Shown here: positions 27,250 to 37,637 of the stretch, piece after piece | How positions within the stretch are numbered: position 1 is the stretch's first letter | Layout: each line of letters starts with the position of its first letter | IMG/VR virus record: IMGVR_UViG_3300025141_010453 | Location: 1 to 64,000 of that record | Reading direction: 5' to 3' (one strand) | DNA from: a virus | Length of the DNA stretch: 64,000 nt | Notes under the pieces: generated by a model | Told to the model about the DNA's origin: nothing | Seen by the model: only the letters and a program-made list of their open reading frames with translations | The model's database searches: none | Position numbers and translations under genes: made by a program

Positions 27250-27858
27250 ATGAAAAAAAAATCTAGTAACACATGGAATAGGATAAAATCTTTAAGTGAC
27301 AGTCGTAAAGACCCATTTGATGATGATGAATTATTATCTCATTTAGGTGTTGACCCTGATACATTAGATAACTTGGAGGAGGAAACTGTTAAATCTGCAA
27401 TGGAACAGGTAAAACCTAAAATAAAATATCGAAATGCCTCCAATAACCCAAATTTAATCTATAAATACCTAGACGATAGTGGTATGGATTTACGTGCTAA
27501 TTTAGATGTTCCAATTATAATAAAGTCTTTGGAGCGGGCTCTCATTCCTACAGGTATTTATTTTGAATTACCTGAAAGTTTTGAGATTCAGGTTCGACCA
27601 CGTAGTGGATTGGCTATAAAAAATGGCATAACTGTTTTAAATACTCCAGGCACTATAGATAGAGGATATAGTGGAGAAATAAAAATAATTTTAATTAATT
27701 TAAGTAAAGAATCCTTTACTGTTAATCATGGTGATAGAATAGCACAAGCGGTAGTATCCCCTGTAATTTCTGGAAGATGGTGTAATTTAATTAAAGTAAA
27801 TAATTTAAGTATTACAAAGAGAGGTACTGGAGGTTTTGGTTCAACAGGTGTAGAATAA
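27250..27858 (+). CDS. dut: Trimeric dUTPase with N-terminal extension
   Basis: SGMDL, RPRSGLA, GTIDRGY.GEI, DRIAQ, RG.GGFGSTG. Confidence 0.93.
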   Translation: MKKKSSNTWNRIKSLSDSRKDPFDDDELLSHLGVDPDTLDNLEEETVKSAMEQVKPKIKYRNASNNPNLIYKYLDDSGMDLRANLDVPIIIKSLERALIPTGIYFELPESFEIQVRPRSGLAIKNGITVLNTPGTIDRGYSGEIKIILINLSKESFTVNHGDRIAQAVVSPVISGRWCNLIKVNNLSITKRGTGGFGSTGVE

Positions 27859-27859
27859 T

Positions 27860-28957
27860 ATGGGGCTATCAGTAATTTTTAGTACTAAAAAAATAGAACA
27901 AGATTTTATAAAATTAATAAAATCTACTTCTGGTGTATATGATATAGAAATACTACCTTATGAAAATCCTGGTAAGTACTCTTTAAATGAAGTTTATAAT
28001 ATGGGATTAGAAAAATCATCTAATAATATTGTAGTATTTTGCCATGACGATATAAAATTTGACACTAAAAACTGGGGAAGAAAAATATTAAAACATTTTA
28101 AGAAAAATGACTCTTTCGGTATTATAGGGGTAGCTGGCACCCGTTACCTATCCAATACGGGTAGATGGTGGGATGACTTTTCCAAAATGCATGGTGCGGT
28201 AAATCATGAACATGAAGGTAAAAAATGGTTAACTAGATATTCAAATGACATTGGAATTAGATTAACTGAGGTTGTTTTAGTTGATGGCCTATTTTTTGGT
28301 GTTTCTAAGAAAAACCTTAAGTCTCCTTTTGATGAAAGTGTTAAGGGTTTTCATTTTTATGATGTAGAATTTTGTTTTTCTAATTATCTGGCCGACGTTA
28401 AAATAGGTGTATGTACGGATATTAGAATAACACATCTATCTATAGGTGTAACTAATGATGAATGGGAAAAAAATAGAATTCTGTTTTCAGAAAAATATAA
28501 AGAAAAATTACCTATTAAAGTTAAAAGAATTTTTAGTGATAATGAAAAATTTAATATTTTAATTGCTTCTGAATCTATTACCGAACCATTAATGAAGTTA
28601 TTACTAAATTTAAAAAACAATAAACATACTATAACTTTTTGTGGTGAATATACTACCCAACAATATAATATACTTAAAAGAAAAAATATTACTCTGTACA
28701 AATTAAACTCACCTCCCGGATGTGCTATAGGAGATGGAAAATGGTCAATAAATACCCAAAAAGGGCCTACTCGTTCGGAAAAGAATAAACTATATAAGGT
28801 AAAAGAGATTAAATTTGATTTGATTCATTGTACCGATAATAAAATATCAACTTATTTGATGCCTTTTTATCCCAACACACCTGAATTTAAAAGTGATGAT
28901 GATGAAGGAGTAAAAGGTGAGGTTATAAAAAAATATAAAAAATTATTAGAATGGTAA
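27860..28957 (+). CDS. Glycosyltransferase (GT2-like, StrF type) with C-terminal extension
   Basis: YNMG, FCHDDI, IIGVAG, VDGLF, FHFYD. Confidence 0.75.
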   Translation: MGLSVIFSTKKIEQDFIKLIKSTSGVYDIEILPYENPGKYSLNEVYNMGLEKSSNNIVVFCHDDIKFDTKNWGRKILKHFKKNDSFGIIGVAGTRYLSNTGRWWDDFSKMHGAVNHEHEGKKWLTRYSNDIGIRLTEVVLVDGLFFGVSKKNLKSPFDESVKGFHFYDVEFCFSNYLADVKIGVCTDIRITHLSIGVTNDEWEKNRILFSEKYKEKLPIKVKRIFSDNEKFNILIASESITEPLMKLLLNLKNNKHTITFCGEYTTQQYNILKRKNITLYKLNSPPGCAIGDGKWSINTQKGPTRSEKNKLYKVKEIKFDLIHCTDNKISTYLMPFYPNTPEFKSDDDEGVKGEVIKKYKKLLEW

Positions 28958-29736
28958 AAATAATATCTGGTTGGAGTAATCGTGGTGGTTCTACTTTTGT
29001 ATTTATAAATTTGGTAAATGCGTTAAATGAATCAGGTTACGATACTACATTTTATGGCCCGCATGAATGGCATTTAGATAAATGTAAATCTGGTTTATTA
29101 AAAGACTTTGTCCCACATAAAGATGATTCTGTAATAGCCCATTTTTTAAGATTACCACAAAGATTACCAGTTAAAAAATTTGTTTTATCCTGTCATGAAA
29201 AAAATATATTTGAGATATCTCAAATGCCTCATATATGGGATGAGGTTGTTTTTTTAAATGAAAAACAAAGAAATTATCATCATGGATATAAGGGCAAATA
29301 CCGTATTATACCCAATCTAAAAGAACAACTACAAAAAAATTCTAAGTCTCCTGAAACTAAAGGAGTTGTCGGTATTATTGGGTCTATAGACGAAAATAAA
29401 CAAACCCATGTGTCTATCCATAAAGCATTAAGAGATGGTTTTAAAAAAATTATGTTATTCGGGAATATTACTGACCCTAATTATTATAATAATTTTGTAA
29501 AGCCTTTGATTACCGATAATGTGATAGAGCGTGGATTCATAAGTAATAAACAACAAATTTATGATGAGGTGGAAGCGGTCTATCTCTCCTCTAATAGCGA
29601 AGTTGCCTCTTTAGTTAAAGATGAATGTGAAACTACGGGAACTAAATTTTATGGTAGTAAAGCTACAGAACATGACATTAAAAATTCATCTAATGAAGAA
29701 ATTATTACTGAGTGGGTTAAACTTTTAAACTTATGA
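28951..29736 (+). CDS. Glycosyltransferase (GT-B-like)
   Basis: GGS..., GIIGSIDENK.T, YLSS.SE. Confidence 0.6.
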   Translation: MVKIISGWSNRGGSTFVFINLVNALNESGYDTTFYGPHEWHLDKCKSGLLKDFVPHKDDSVIAHFLRLPQRLPVKKFVLSCHEKNIFEISQMPHIWDEVVFLNEKQRNYHHGYKGKYRIIPNLKEQLQKNSKSPETKGVVGIIGSIDENKQTHVSIHKALRDGFKKIMLFGNITDPNYYNNFVKPLITDNVIERGFISNKQQIYDEVEAVYLSSNSEVASLVKDECETTGTKFYGSKATEHDIKNSSNEEIITEWVKLLNL

Positions 29737-30416
29737 TTATAGGAGACGGATTAATTGCTACAGCATTTGTAGAAAAATATGGTAAAGATAAAAATATAAT
29801 TATTTTTGCATCAGGTGTTTCTAATTCACAAGAAATAAATCCATCAAATTTTTTAAGAGAAAAAAATTTACTTAACAAAATAATAGGGGAAAATCCTAAT
29901 ATAAAATTTATATATTTTAGTACTATTCTTATAGGGTATAAAAATAGTCCATATTATACCCATAAAAAAGAAATGGAGAATTTAATAAAAAAATCCTCAA
30001 CAAACTATATTATATTTAGAGTGCCTCAATTAATAGGAAAAAAAGGAAATAATAATAATCTTATTAATTCTCTAGTTAATACACTAAAAAATAAACAAGA
30101 ATTTAATGTTTATGGTAACGTAAAAAGAGCTATTATTGACGTGGTAGACCTTATTAATTTAGTAGCTTATTGTAAGGATAAAATTACTTGTGCCACTATT
30201 AATATCTCAGGTATAGAAAAATTAGCAGTTATTGACTTATACAAAAAAATTGGCTATATTTTGAAGATGAAACCTATCATAAAAATTAAAAAAGGGACTG
30301 AAAATGACGGGTGGACTTTATTATCTAGTGCTATTTTTAATGACTACATGAATGACTTAAAAATCGAGTCTACTGGATATACAGAAAAAATAATAAAAAA
30401 ATATATAAAAAATTAA
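29733..30416 (+). CDS. NAD-dependent epimerase/reductase (atypical SDR)
   Basis: IIGDGLIA, FASGVSNS, Y..HK. Confidence 0.7.
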   Translation: MIIGDGLIATAFVEKYGKDKNIIIFASGVSNSQEINPSNFLREKNLLNKIIGENPNIKFIYFSTILIGYKNSPYYTHKKEMENLIKKSSTNYIIFRVPQLIGKKGNNNNLINSLVNTLKNKQEFNVYGNVKRAIIDVVDLINLVAYCKDKITCATINISGIEKLAVIDLYKKIGYILKMKPIIKIKKGTENDGWTLLSSAIFNDYMNDLKIESTGYTEKIIKKYIKN

Positions 30417-30419
30417 TAT

Positions 30420-31142
30420 ATGGTAATCCTAACTGGTTTTTATAATGCAGAAAATTATATCGAGAGGTGTTTAAATACTATAATGAATCAACATTATAAA
30501 GATTTTACTTGTTATATTACTCACGACCATTCTACGGATAACTCAGTCAAATTAGTTAAAGAATTCATAAAAAATGATGATAGATTTATATTAGTAAAAA
30601 AAAATAATAAAAAATTATACCAGGCTGGAAATTTTGATACTGTTATTCGTAATAATCCTAATATAAAGGATAATGAAATTCTAATAGAGGTAGATGGTGA
30701 TGATTATCTCCCAGATAGAGATGTTTTTACTAGAATAAATGAACTATATAAAAATGAGGATGTTTGGGTTGCAAATGGTAGCTTTAAATACTCTAATGGG
30801 CATCACGGCTTTTCTTCGAGACAAACTGGATTTGATAACTTACGACAGGCACGATTCACTGCCTCTCATATTAGAACCTGGAGAGCTTTTTTATGGAGAA
30901 ATATAAAAGAAGATGACTTACGAGATGAAAATGGGGATTATTGGCAATGGAGTGGTGACCTATGTTTTATGTATCCAATGTTAGAAATGGCCGGAGAAGA
31001 ACACTATAGATTTATGACTGAAATAAATTATGTTTATAATGAAGAAAATCCTATAAATGAACATAAAATAGATATGACTATGGTTACAGACTACGCAAGT
31101 AGGATAAGAAATAAATCTCCTTATAAAAAATTGGAATTATGA
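30420..31142 (+). CDS. Glycosyltransferase family 2
   Basis: YNAENYIERCL..I..Q, D.STD.S, VDGDD. Confidence 0.85.
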   Translation: MVILTGFYNAENYIERCLNTIMNQHYKDFTCYITHDHSTDNSVKLVKEFIKNDDRFILVKKNNKKLYQAGNFDTVIRNNPNIKDNEILIEVDGDDYLPDRDVFTRINELYKNEDVWVANGSFKYSNGHHGFSSRQTGFDNLRQARFTASHIRTWRAFLWRNIKEDDLRDENGDYWQWSGDLCFMYPMLEMAGEEHYRFMTEINYVYNEENPINEHKIDMTMVTDYASRIRNKSPYKKLEL

Positions 31143-32032
31143 AAAAAGTAATCGTAACAGGAGGTGCAGGGTTTATTGGTTCACATTTAGTGGATAGATT
31201 GGTGGGTGATGGCTTAGAAGTTATTGTATTAGATAATTTATCTACTGGGAAAAAAGAAAATGTAAATCCTAAAGCACAATTAGTTATGTGTGACATATCT
31301 AAAGCCTGTAGTGATTTTATTCTTCATACTCTAGAAGGGGTTGATACTATCTTTCATTTGGCGGCAACACCACAAGTACAATACTCTATAGAAAATCCTA
31401 CAGATAATAATAATTTAAACTCTATTATTAATATTTTAGAAGCTTCTCGTTTAAGTGATGTAAAAAGAGTAATATTTAGTAGTAGTTCTGCTTTATATGG
31501 GGAACCAGAATATGTGCCCATAGATGAATCTCATCCAGTTAATCCATTAAGTCCTTATGCTTTACATAAATTAGTGGGAGAACAATATTGTAAACTATAT
31601 TCCAACATTTATGACTTAGACACAGTATGTTTAAGATACTTTAATGTTTATGGTAACAGAATGAATAATGAAGGAGCTTATAAAAATGTTATATCTGTTT
31701 TTATAGAACAAACTAAAAATAAAGAAGCTCTTAATATAGTTAATGATGGAGAACAAAAAAGAGACTATGTACATGTAAATGATATAGTAGAAGCTAATAT
31801 TTTAGCGGCAACACATTTAGAAAAATTAAAAGGGGCTATATTCAATGTTGGGACATCAACAGCTCATTCCGTCAATGAAATAGCATCATTTTTTGGTGGT
31901 GAAAAAAAATATGGTGAGAAAAGAATTGAACCCAAAAACTCAATAGCTGAAAATAATAAACTACTAACTACTTTAGATTGGGCCCCTCGTGCTAACTTAA
32001 AAGAATGGATAAAAAATTGTATAAAAAGTTAA
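31139..32032 (+). CDS. NAD-dependent nucleotide-sugar epimerase/dehydratase
   Basis: TGGAGFIGSH, SSS, YALHK, LRYFNVYG, RDYVHV.D. Confidence 0.9.
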   Translation: MKKVIVTGGAGFIGSHLVDRLVGDGLEVIVLDNLSTGKKENVNPKAQLVMCDISKACSDFILHTLEGVDTIFHLAATPQVQYSIENPTDNNNLNSIINILEASRLSDVKRVIFSSSSALYGEPEYVPIDESHPVNPLSPYALHKLVGEQYCKLYSNIYDLDTVCLRYFNVYGNRMNNEGAYKNVISVFIEQTKNKEALNIVNDGEQKRDYVHVNDIVEANILAATHLEKLKGAIFNVGTSTAHSVNEIASFFGGEKKYGEKRIEPKNSIAENNKLLTTLDWAPRANLKEWIKNCIKS

Positions 32033-32034
32033 AA

Positions 32035-33336
32035 ATGAAAGAAATAGATAATATATTACCGTCACTTTTAAGTTATCTTAAAGAAAACAAACCTAAATAT
32101 CTTTATAATCAAGCATTTGTACCAGGTGAAAGTCAAGTATTGTATTCTGGTCCTTATTGGGATGAAGAAGAAATTATGGCTGCTATTAAAACATTTATTG
32201 AGGGTAAATGGGTGGTAGCTGGTGAAAATGTTAATAAATTTGAACGCGCATTTGGAAAATTATTTGGTGCTAAATTTGTTCAAATGGTGAACTCTGGTAG
32301 TTCCGCTAATTTAGTTTTAATAGCTTCATTAAAAAAATATTTTGGTTGGGACGATGGTGATGAGATTATTGTTTCTCCTGTGGGATTCCCAACTACTATA
32401 TCAGTATTAGTTCAAAATAATTTAACTCCAGTGTTTGTAGACATAGAATACACTACACTTAATTTTGATATTACTAAAATAGAGGAAAAGATAACTTCTA
32501 AAACAAAGGCAATTTTTGTGTCTCCTGTACTTGGTAATGTACCTGATATGGATTTTTTAACTGAATTATGTGAAAAACATAATATTAAATTAATAGGGGA
32601 TAGCTGTGATAGTATTGGGTCCAAATGGGATGGTAAACATCTAAGTGAGTATTATGTAGCATGGACCTCATCATTTTATCCTGCTCATCATATTTCTACT
32701 GGTGAAGGTGGAGCGGTATGTACTAATATACCTAAATTAAAAAGACTTTTTACTAGTTTTGCATGGTGGGGTAGAGATTGTTATTGTGTTGGGGCCAAAA
32801 ACTTATTATCTTGCGGTACGTGTGGTAAAAGATTTAGTAGATGGTTAGAATCATATGATGGAATAATAGACCATAAATATGTTTTTACCAATATGGGATA
32901 TAACTTAAAACCTATGGACTTACAAGGTTCTATTGGTCTAGTTCAATTAAAGAAATTTGAGGATATAGACACCAATAGAAAACATAGTAAAAACACTATA
33001 GAGTCTATTTTCCTAAAATACGTAGATGGGATTAAAGGGGTATCGATGTTACCTAAAGCAGATACTTGTTGGTTCGGAACACCATTTATTTGTGATAATA
33101 AACAGTTAAAGAATAAACTGGTAGCTTTTCTAGAAGAAAACAAAATTCAAACCAGAAATTATTTTGCCGGCAATATATTAATACATCCAGGTTATAAACA
33201 TTTAGATGATTTAAGAAACTACCCTAATGCTAATAAAGTTTTAGATAAAGTATTCTTCGTAGGTGCAGCGCCACATTATACAGAAGAAGTGTTTGATTAT
33301 ATAGAAAGTATATTTATGAATAAATGGGAAAATTAA
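32035..33336 (+). CDS. rfbH: RfbH/DdhC-like NDP-4-keto-6-deoxyglucose 3-dehydrase (DegT family)
   Basis: VNSGSSANL; SFYPAHHISTGEGG (His instead of Lys); GRDCYC...CGKRF Fe-S motif. Start reassigned to 32035. Confidence 0.85.
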   Translation: MKEIDNILPSLLSYLKENKPKYLYNQAFVPGESQVLYSGPYWDEEEIMAAIKTFIEGKWVVAGENVNKFERAFGKLFGAKFVQMVNSGSSANLVLIASLKKYFGWDDGDEIIVSPVGFPTTISVLVQNNLTPVFVDIEYTTLNFDITKIEEKITSKTKAIFVSPVLGNVPDMDFLTELCEKHNIKLIGDSCDSIGSKWDGKHLSEYYVAWTSSFYPAHHISTGEGGAVCTNIPKLKRLFTSFAWWGRDCYCVGAKNLLSCGTCGKRFSRWLESYDGIIDHKYVFTNMGYNLKPMDLQGSIGLVQLKKFEDIDTNRKHSKNTIESIFLKYVDGIKGVSMLPKADTCWFGTPFICDNKQLKNKLVAFLEENKIQTRNYFAGNILIHPGYKHLDDLRNYPNANKVLDKVFFVGAAPHYTEEVFDYIESIFMNKWEN

Positions 33337-34040
33337 AAGTTTTAATATTAGGTGACGGATTACTGGGTTCAGAAATCATTAAACAAACTGAATGGGATTA
33401 TATTTCCAGGAAAGAACATGGTTTTGATATTACTGATATAGGCACCTATCACTTACTTACAACTGTAGAATTTGGCTCAATCCAACATTGTAAATATGAT
33501 GTTATACTTAATGGTATTGCAAATACCAATACTTATAGTGAAGAGAAGGATTCTCATTGGGGGGTTAATTATAAGGGGGTGCACAACTTAATAGATTTTT
33601 GTAATAAATGGAATGTTAAGTTGGTTCATATTTCTACTGATTATGTTTATTCTAATTCTGATTCGGAAGCCACAGAAGACACTGTACCAGTTCATTGTAA
33701 TAATTGGTATGGGTACACCAAATTGTTAGGAGACGGGTTAGTACAATTAAACTCTAAACATTATCTTTTATGTAGATGTACTCATAAACCAAAACCCTTC
33801 CCGTATGAGTCCGCTTGGATTGACCAGGTTGGGAACTTTGATTATGTAACAGATATTGCGGAACTTATAATTTCTATGATAACCAATAATTTGGACGGGG
33901 TGTATAACGTTGGTACCGAAATGAAAACAATCTATGAATTAGCTTCTAAAACCTCAAAAGTTAAAAAAATATATGCTCCACCACATGTGCCTAAAAATTT
34001 ATCAATGAATATAACAAAAATGAAAAACGATTTAAAATGA
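33324..34040 (+). CDS. RmlD-like NDP-4-keto sugar reductase
   Basis: LG.GLLG, HISTDYVY, YGYTK. Confidence 0.8.
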   Translation: MGKLKVLILGDGLLGSEIIKQTEWDYISRKEHGFDITDIGTYHLLTTVEFGSIQHCKYDVILNGIANTNTYSEEKDSHWGVNYKGVHNLIDFCNKWNVKLVHISTDYVYSNSDSEATEDTVPVHCNNWYGYTKLLGDGLVQLNSKHYLLCRCTHKPKPFPYESAWIDQVGNFDYVTDIAELIISMITNNLDGVYNVGTEMKTIYELASKTSKVKKIYAPPHVPKNLSMNITKMKNDLK

Positions 34041-34726
34041 AACCATTTTTTTCAATAGCAATTCCAACCTATGAAATGCATGGTCTCGGTACCGAATTTT
34101 TAGAATTCACCTTTCAATCTTTAAGAAAACAAACCTTCCAAGATTTTGAGGTTATAGTATCAGACCATAGTTCTAATGACTCTATTAAAACCCTTTGTGG
34201 TGATTGGGAAAAGGTTAAATATTTTAAAAATGAAAATGGTGTGGGTAAATCTTCAACTAATATAAATTATGCAATAAAGCAATGTTCTGGTGAATGGATT
34301 AAAATATTATTTCAAGATGATTTTTTATTTAACGATTCAGCATTAGAAATAATGTATAATCATATATTAAAAAATAAAGAAAGTAACTGGTTAATAAGTG
34401 CTTGTGAACACAGTAATGATGGAATTAATATGTATAGACCATTTTATCCTAAATGGAATGATAGAATGCATTTAGGGATTAATACATTTAGTTCACCAAG
34501 TGTCTTAACATTTAAAAATAATAATGTATTATTATTTGATGAGAGGTTGGTTTGGTTAATGGATGTTGAGTATTATAAAAGAATGTATGATTTATATGGT
34601 GAACCATCTTATTTAAATGAGGTTACCATAGTAAATAGAACATGGGTAAATCAAGTTTCTAATATTTTAAATGAAAAAATTAAGAATTATGAGTTGGATT
34701 TGGTCACTAAAAAATATGTAAATTAA
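34037..34726 (+). CDS. Glycosyltransferase family 2
   Basis: SIAIPTY, QTFQDFEVIVSD, LFQDD. Confidence 0.85.
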   Translation: MKPFFSIAIPTYEMHGLGTEFLEFTFQSLRKQTFQDFEVIVSDHSSNDSIKTLCGDWEKVKYFKNENGVGKSSTNINYAIKQCSGEWIKILFQDDFLFNDSALEIMYNHILKNKESNWLISACEHSNDGINMYRPFYPKWNDRMHLGINTFSSPSVLTFKNNNVLLFDERLVWLMDVEYYKRMYDLYGEPSYLNEVTIVNRTWVNQVSNILNEKIKNYELDLVTKKYVN

Positions 34727-34728
34727 AA

Positions 34729-36396
34729 ATGGACAAATTTAAAGTATTACTTATGTACCCAAACGAGCCGATGGTTGGGGTTATTCCTAGTAATTTAGCG
34801 TATCTATCTGCATGTTTAAAAGAAGCGGGTCATGATGTTAGATTATTTGATACATCATTATACAAATCTATTAGGTATGCTCCCAGACGTGATAACTGGA
34901 ATCAACAGAAAGAGACAACAAAATCATTTGATTCTGTAAGTAGTCAAGATGAGTTAAGGACTAAAATGGGCCATGTAAAAACTTCTAATGTGGGAGATTA
35001 TCAAAAAATGCGTGAGACTAGTCCTCACAGCGATTTTGCAGATTTGGTGGAAGACTGGAAACCTAATTTAATCGCCACTACAACAGTTGATAGCACAATA
35101 GAATTTACTTGGGAATTTATAGAGGAGATTAGAGGGAAGAGGCCTAAAGTAATAATGGGTGGAGTAGGAGCTACATTTAACTATGACAGAATTTTAAATT
35201 CTGGGTATGTTGATTATGTTAATGTAGGAGAAGGAGAAGGTTCTTTACCTGAATTATGTGGAAGATTGCAACGTAATGAAGATTGTTATGATATAAAGAA
35301 TATATACCTCAAAGGTCCAGATGGTAAGATAATTACGAATCCTCAACGTCCTAGGACGGATATAGATGAATTGCCGATGCCTGATTTTTCTATATATGAA
35401 GAACAACGATTCTATAGACCATTTATGGGTAGAGTGGTAAGAATGGTACAAATTGATTGGGATAGAGGATGCCCATACCAATGTACATATTGTGCAGCAC
35501 CAGCAATTGTAGCCAATAATAGAAAGGAAAAAATTGGAAATTATTATAGGGTTAAGAATGAAGATAAAATATTCGAAGAAATGAAATTCTTAATTAAAAC
35601 ATATAGTCTAGATTTTATGTATATTAGTTCTGAAACGTTATGTATTATCCCATGGGAGAAATTTAAACGATTAGGTGAGAGATATATTAAAGAAATAGGA
35701 TTACCATTTTGGTGTCAGAGTAGATTAGATAGTTTTACAGAGGAAAGAACAGAATTATTAAAAAGAATGGGCTGTCAATCAGTATCGGTAGGCCTTGAGC
35801 ATGGAAGTGAAAAAGTGAGAATGGGAATATTAAGAAAACAATTAAGAAATGATAAAGTATTAGATGGGTTTAAAACTCTTGCAAAATATAATATCCGTCC
35901 CACTGTTAACAGTATGATGGGACTTCCAGATGAAACTCGAGAAGAAGTATTTGAAACATTAGAATTAAATAGAAAAATTGCAAAAATATTAAAAGGTAAT
36001 CGTAATCTAAATATTTTTACATTTGTGCCATTCCACGGAACAGCTCTGCGAACAATGTGTATAAATAAAGGTTATGTGAATCCAGAGGAACCAATACCAT
36101 TTTCTTTCTATAAAGAAAGTATGTTAACTATGCCTCAACTATCAAAAGAAGAAATTGCTGGATTAGAAAAAACTGCTCATCTGTACATAGAATTACCTAA
36201 ATCATATTATCCTAAAATAAAAATAGCTGAAAAGGATGATAAAAAAGGTAGAAAAATGTTTGACGAACTAAGTAATATTTTCCAAAAAATAAAGGCAAAA
36301 CAGGACGATGCATTAAATGTTACTGTTGAAGAGGACCATTTAAGTAGCCCAATGGTTAATTTTGGTGGGAAAATAGATTTGACAGGAGATTATTAG
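34729..36396 (+). CDS. B12-binding radical SAM enzyme (class B methyltransferase-like)
   Basis: N-terminal cobalamin domain (LAYLSACLK..GH, MGG, GEGE); RGCPYQCTYC. Confidence 0.85.
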   Translation: MDKFKVLLMYPNEPMVGVIPSNLAYLSACLKEAGHDVRLFDTSLYKSIRYAPRRDNWNQQKETTKSFDSVSSQDELRTKMGHVKTSNVGDYQKMRETSPHSDFADLVEDWKPNLIATTTVDSTIEFTWEFIEEIRGKRPKVIMGGVGATFNYDRILNSGYVDYVNVGEGEGSLPELCGRLQRNEDCYDIKNIYLKGPDGKIITNPQRPRTDIDELPMPDFSIYEEQRFYRPFMGRVVRMVQIDWDRGCPYQCTYCAAPAIVANNRKEKIGNYYRVKNEDKIFEEMKFLIKTYSLDFMYISSETLCIIPWEKFKRLGERYIKEIGLPFWCQSRLDSFTEERTELLKRMGCQSVSVGLEHGSEKVRMGILRKQLRNDKVLDGFKTLAKYNIRPTVNSMMGLPDETREEVFETLELNRKIAKILKGNRNLNIFTFVPFHGTALRTMCINKGYVNPEEPIPFSFYKESMLTMPQLSKEEIAGLEKTAHLYIELPKSYYPKIKIAEKDDKKGRKMFDELSNIFQKIKAKQDDALNVTVEEDHLSSPMVNFGGKIDLTGDY

Positions 36397-36402
36397 AATA
36401 AT

Positions 36403-37080
36403 ATGTTTATAATACCTAGTAAATATGTCCCAGATGTAAGCCCCTTATTCAAATGTGTTGAATCAATAACAAAATTTCATCCGACAGAAAAAATAATTGT
36501 GGTGGATTCGTATTCTGATGATGATTCATATTTAAAAGACTTTGAGAAGTACGATAATGTAATCGTATCAAAATATAAAAATAAACATTACGAATGTGGT
36601 GCGTTGTACTATGCTTATAAAGAATTCCCAAATGAACAATTCTATGCTTTAATTCAAGATTCAATTATCCTAAAAACTAATTGGAGTGAATTTATTCATG
36701 ATGATATAACTTATAATCTGATGTGGTTTCAAGAAGCGGGTCCATTTTTAGAGCCCCAATTTAACTACCTTAAAGAGGTATTAGAAAAAACCGACTATCT
36801 TCCTCACGAAAATACTGGCCATAAAGGCACATATGGTATGTTAGGGGTATATAAAAAAGATGTTATAGAAACTTTTATTAATAAAGGATTATTAGAAGTG
36901 TTATTACCAATAGATAAATTCGGTTCTCAGATGACTGAAAGAATTGCCGGTATATGTTTAACACAAGACGGTCAAGATATAGTCACCAATTCTATCGAAG
37001 GTGATTTTTTATCCAAAGTTTCTCAACTAAATAATCACGAATTAAAATATTTTAAAAAATTCTATATGGGAAGACAATAA
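36403..37080 (+). CDS. Glycosyltransferase-like protein (GT-A)
   Basis: IIVVDS.SDD, YE.GA, LIQDS, ER..G. Confidence 0.55.
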   Translation: MFIIPSKYVPDVSPLFKCVESITKFHPTEKIIVVDSYSDDDSYLKDFEKYDNVIVSKYKNKHYECGALYYAYKEFPNEQFYALIQDSIILKTNWSEFIHDDITYNLMWFQEAGPFLEPQFNYLKEVLEKTDYLPHENTGHKGTYGMLGVYKKDVIETFINKGLLEVLLPIDKFGSQMTERIAGICLTQDGQDIVTNSIEGDFLSKVSQLNNHELKYFKKFYMGRQ

Positions 37081-37130
37081 AATAGTCTTCTTCCTCCTTT
37101 GACATATTAAATTTTTCGTGTTATAATTAA
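37071..37130 (+). repeat. 60-bp exact direct repeat, copy 2 (contains promoter)
   Basis: Identical to 25683-25742; TTGACA at 37099-37104, TATAAT at 37122-37127. Confidence 0.95.
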
Positions 37131-37160
37131 TGATATAAAATTAAATAAACAAAATAAAAA

Positions 37161-37637
37161 ATGAGCAAATTCGAACACGTAAAAGATAAATTTATTAAAG
37201 CATCACTAGAAGATTATAAAGAAGTTATTGATAAAGCAAAACCAGATAACTTATCTGTAAGTAATTACAGGGTAGAAAAACCATGGGGTTATGAATTGTG
37301 GTTGGAGTTAAATGAATTTTATGCTTATAAAGTTATTCATATGGAAAAGGGTAATAGATGTAGTTTACAATCTCATGATTACAAAATAGAAGCAAACTAC
37401 GTTATTGAGGGTGAAGCAGAAGTACTTTTAGAAAATGATGAAGGGGTTATGGAATCAAAAATATACACGGTTGGAACTGGCTGGACTGTACCTTTAAATA
37501 GAAAACATAGAGTCGTAGCCAAAGAAAGTTATACAGCGTTAGAAGTATCAACCCCTCATCTTAACGATGTAGTAAGATTTGAAGATGATACAAATAGAGC
37601 GTCAGGTAAAATAGAAAGAGAACATGGTGTTAAATAA
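37161..37637 (+). CDS. Cupin, mannose-6-phosphate isomerase type II C-terminal-like
   Basis: VEKPWGYE, SLQSH..K.E, KHRV, EVSTP..DVVRFEDD. Confidence 0.8.
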   Translation: MSKFEHVKDKFIKASLEDYKEVIDKAKPDNLSVSNYRVEKPWGYELWLELNEFYAYKVIHMEKGNRCSLQSHDYKIEANYVIEGEAEVLLENDEGVMESKIYTVGTGWTVPLNRKHRVVAKESYTALEVSTPHLNDVVRFEDDTNRASGKIEREHGVK

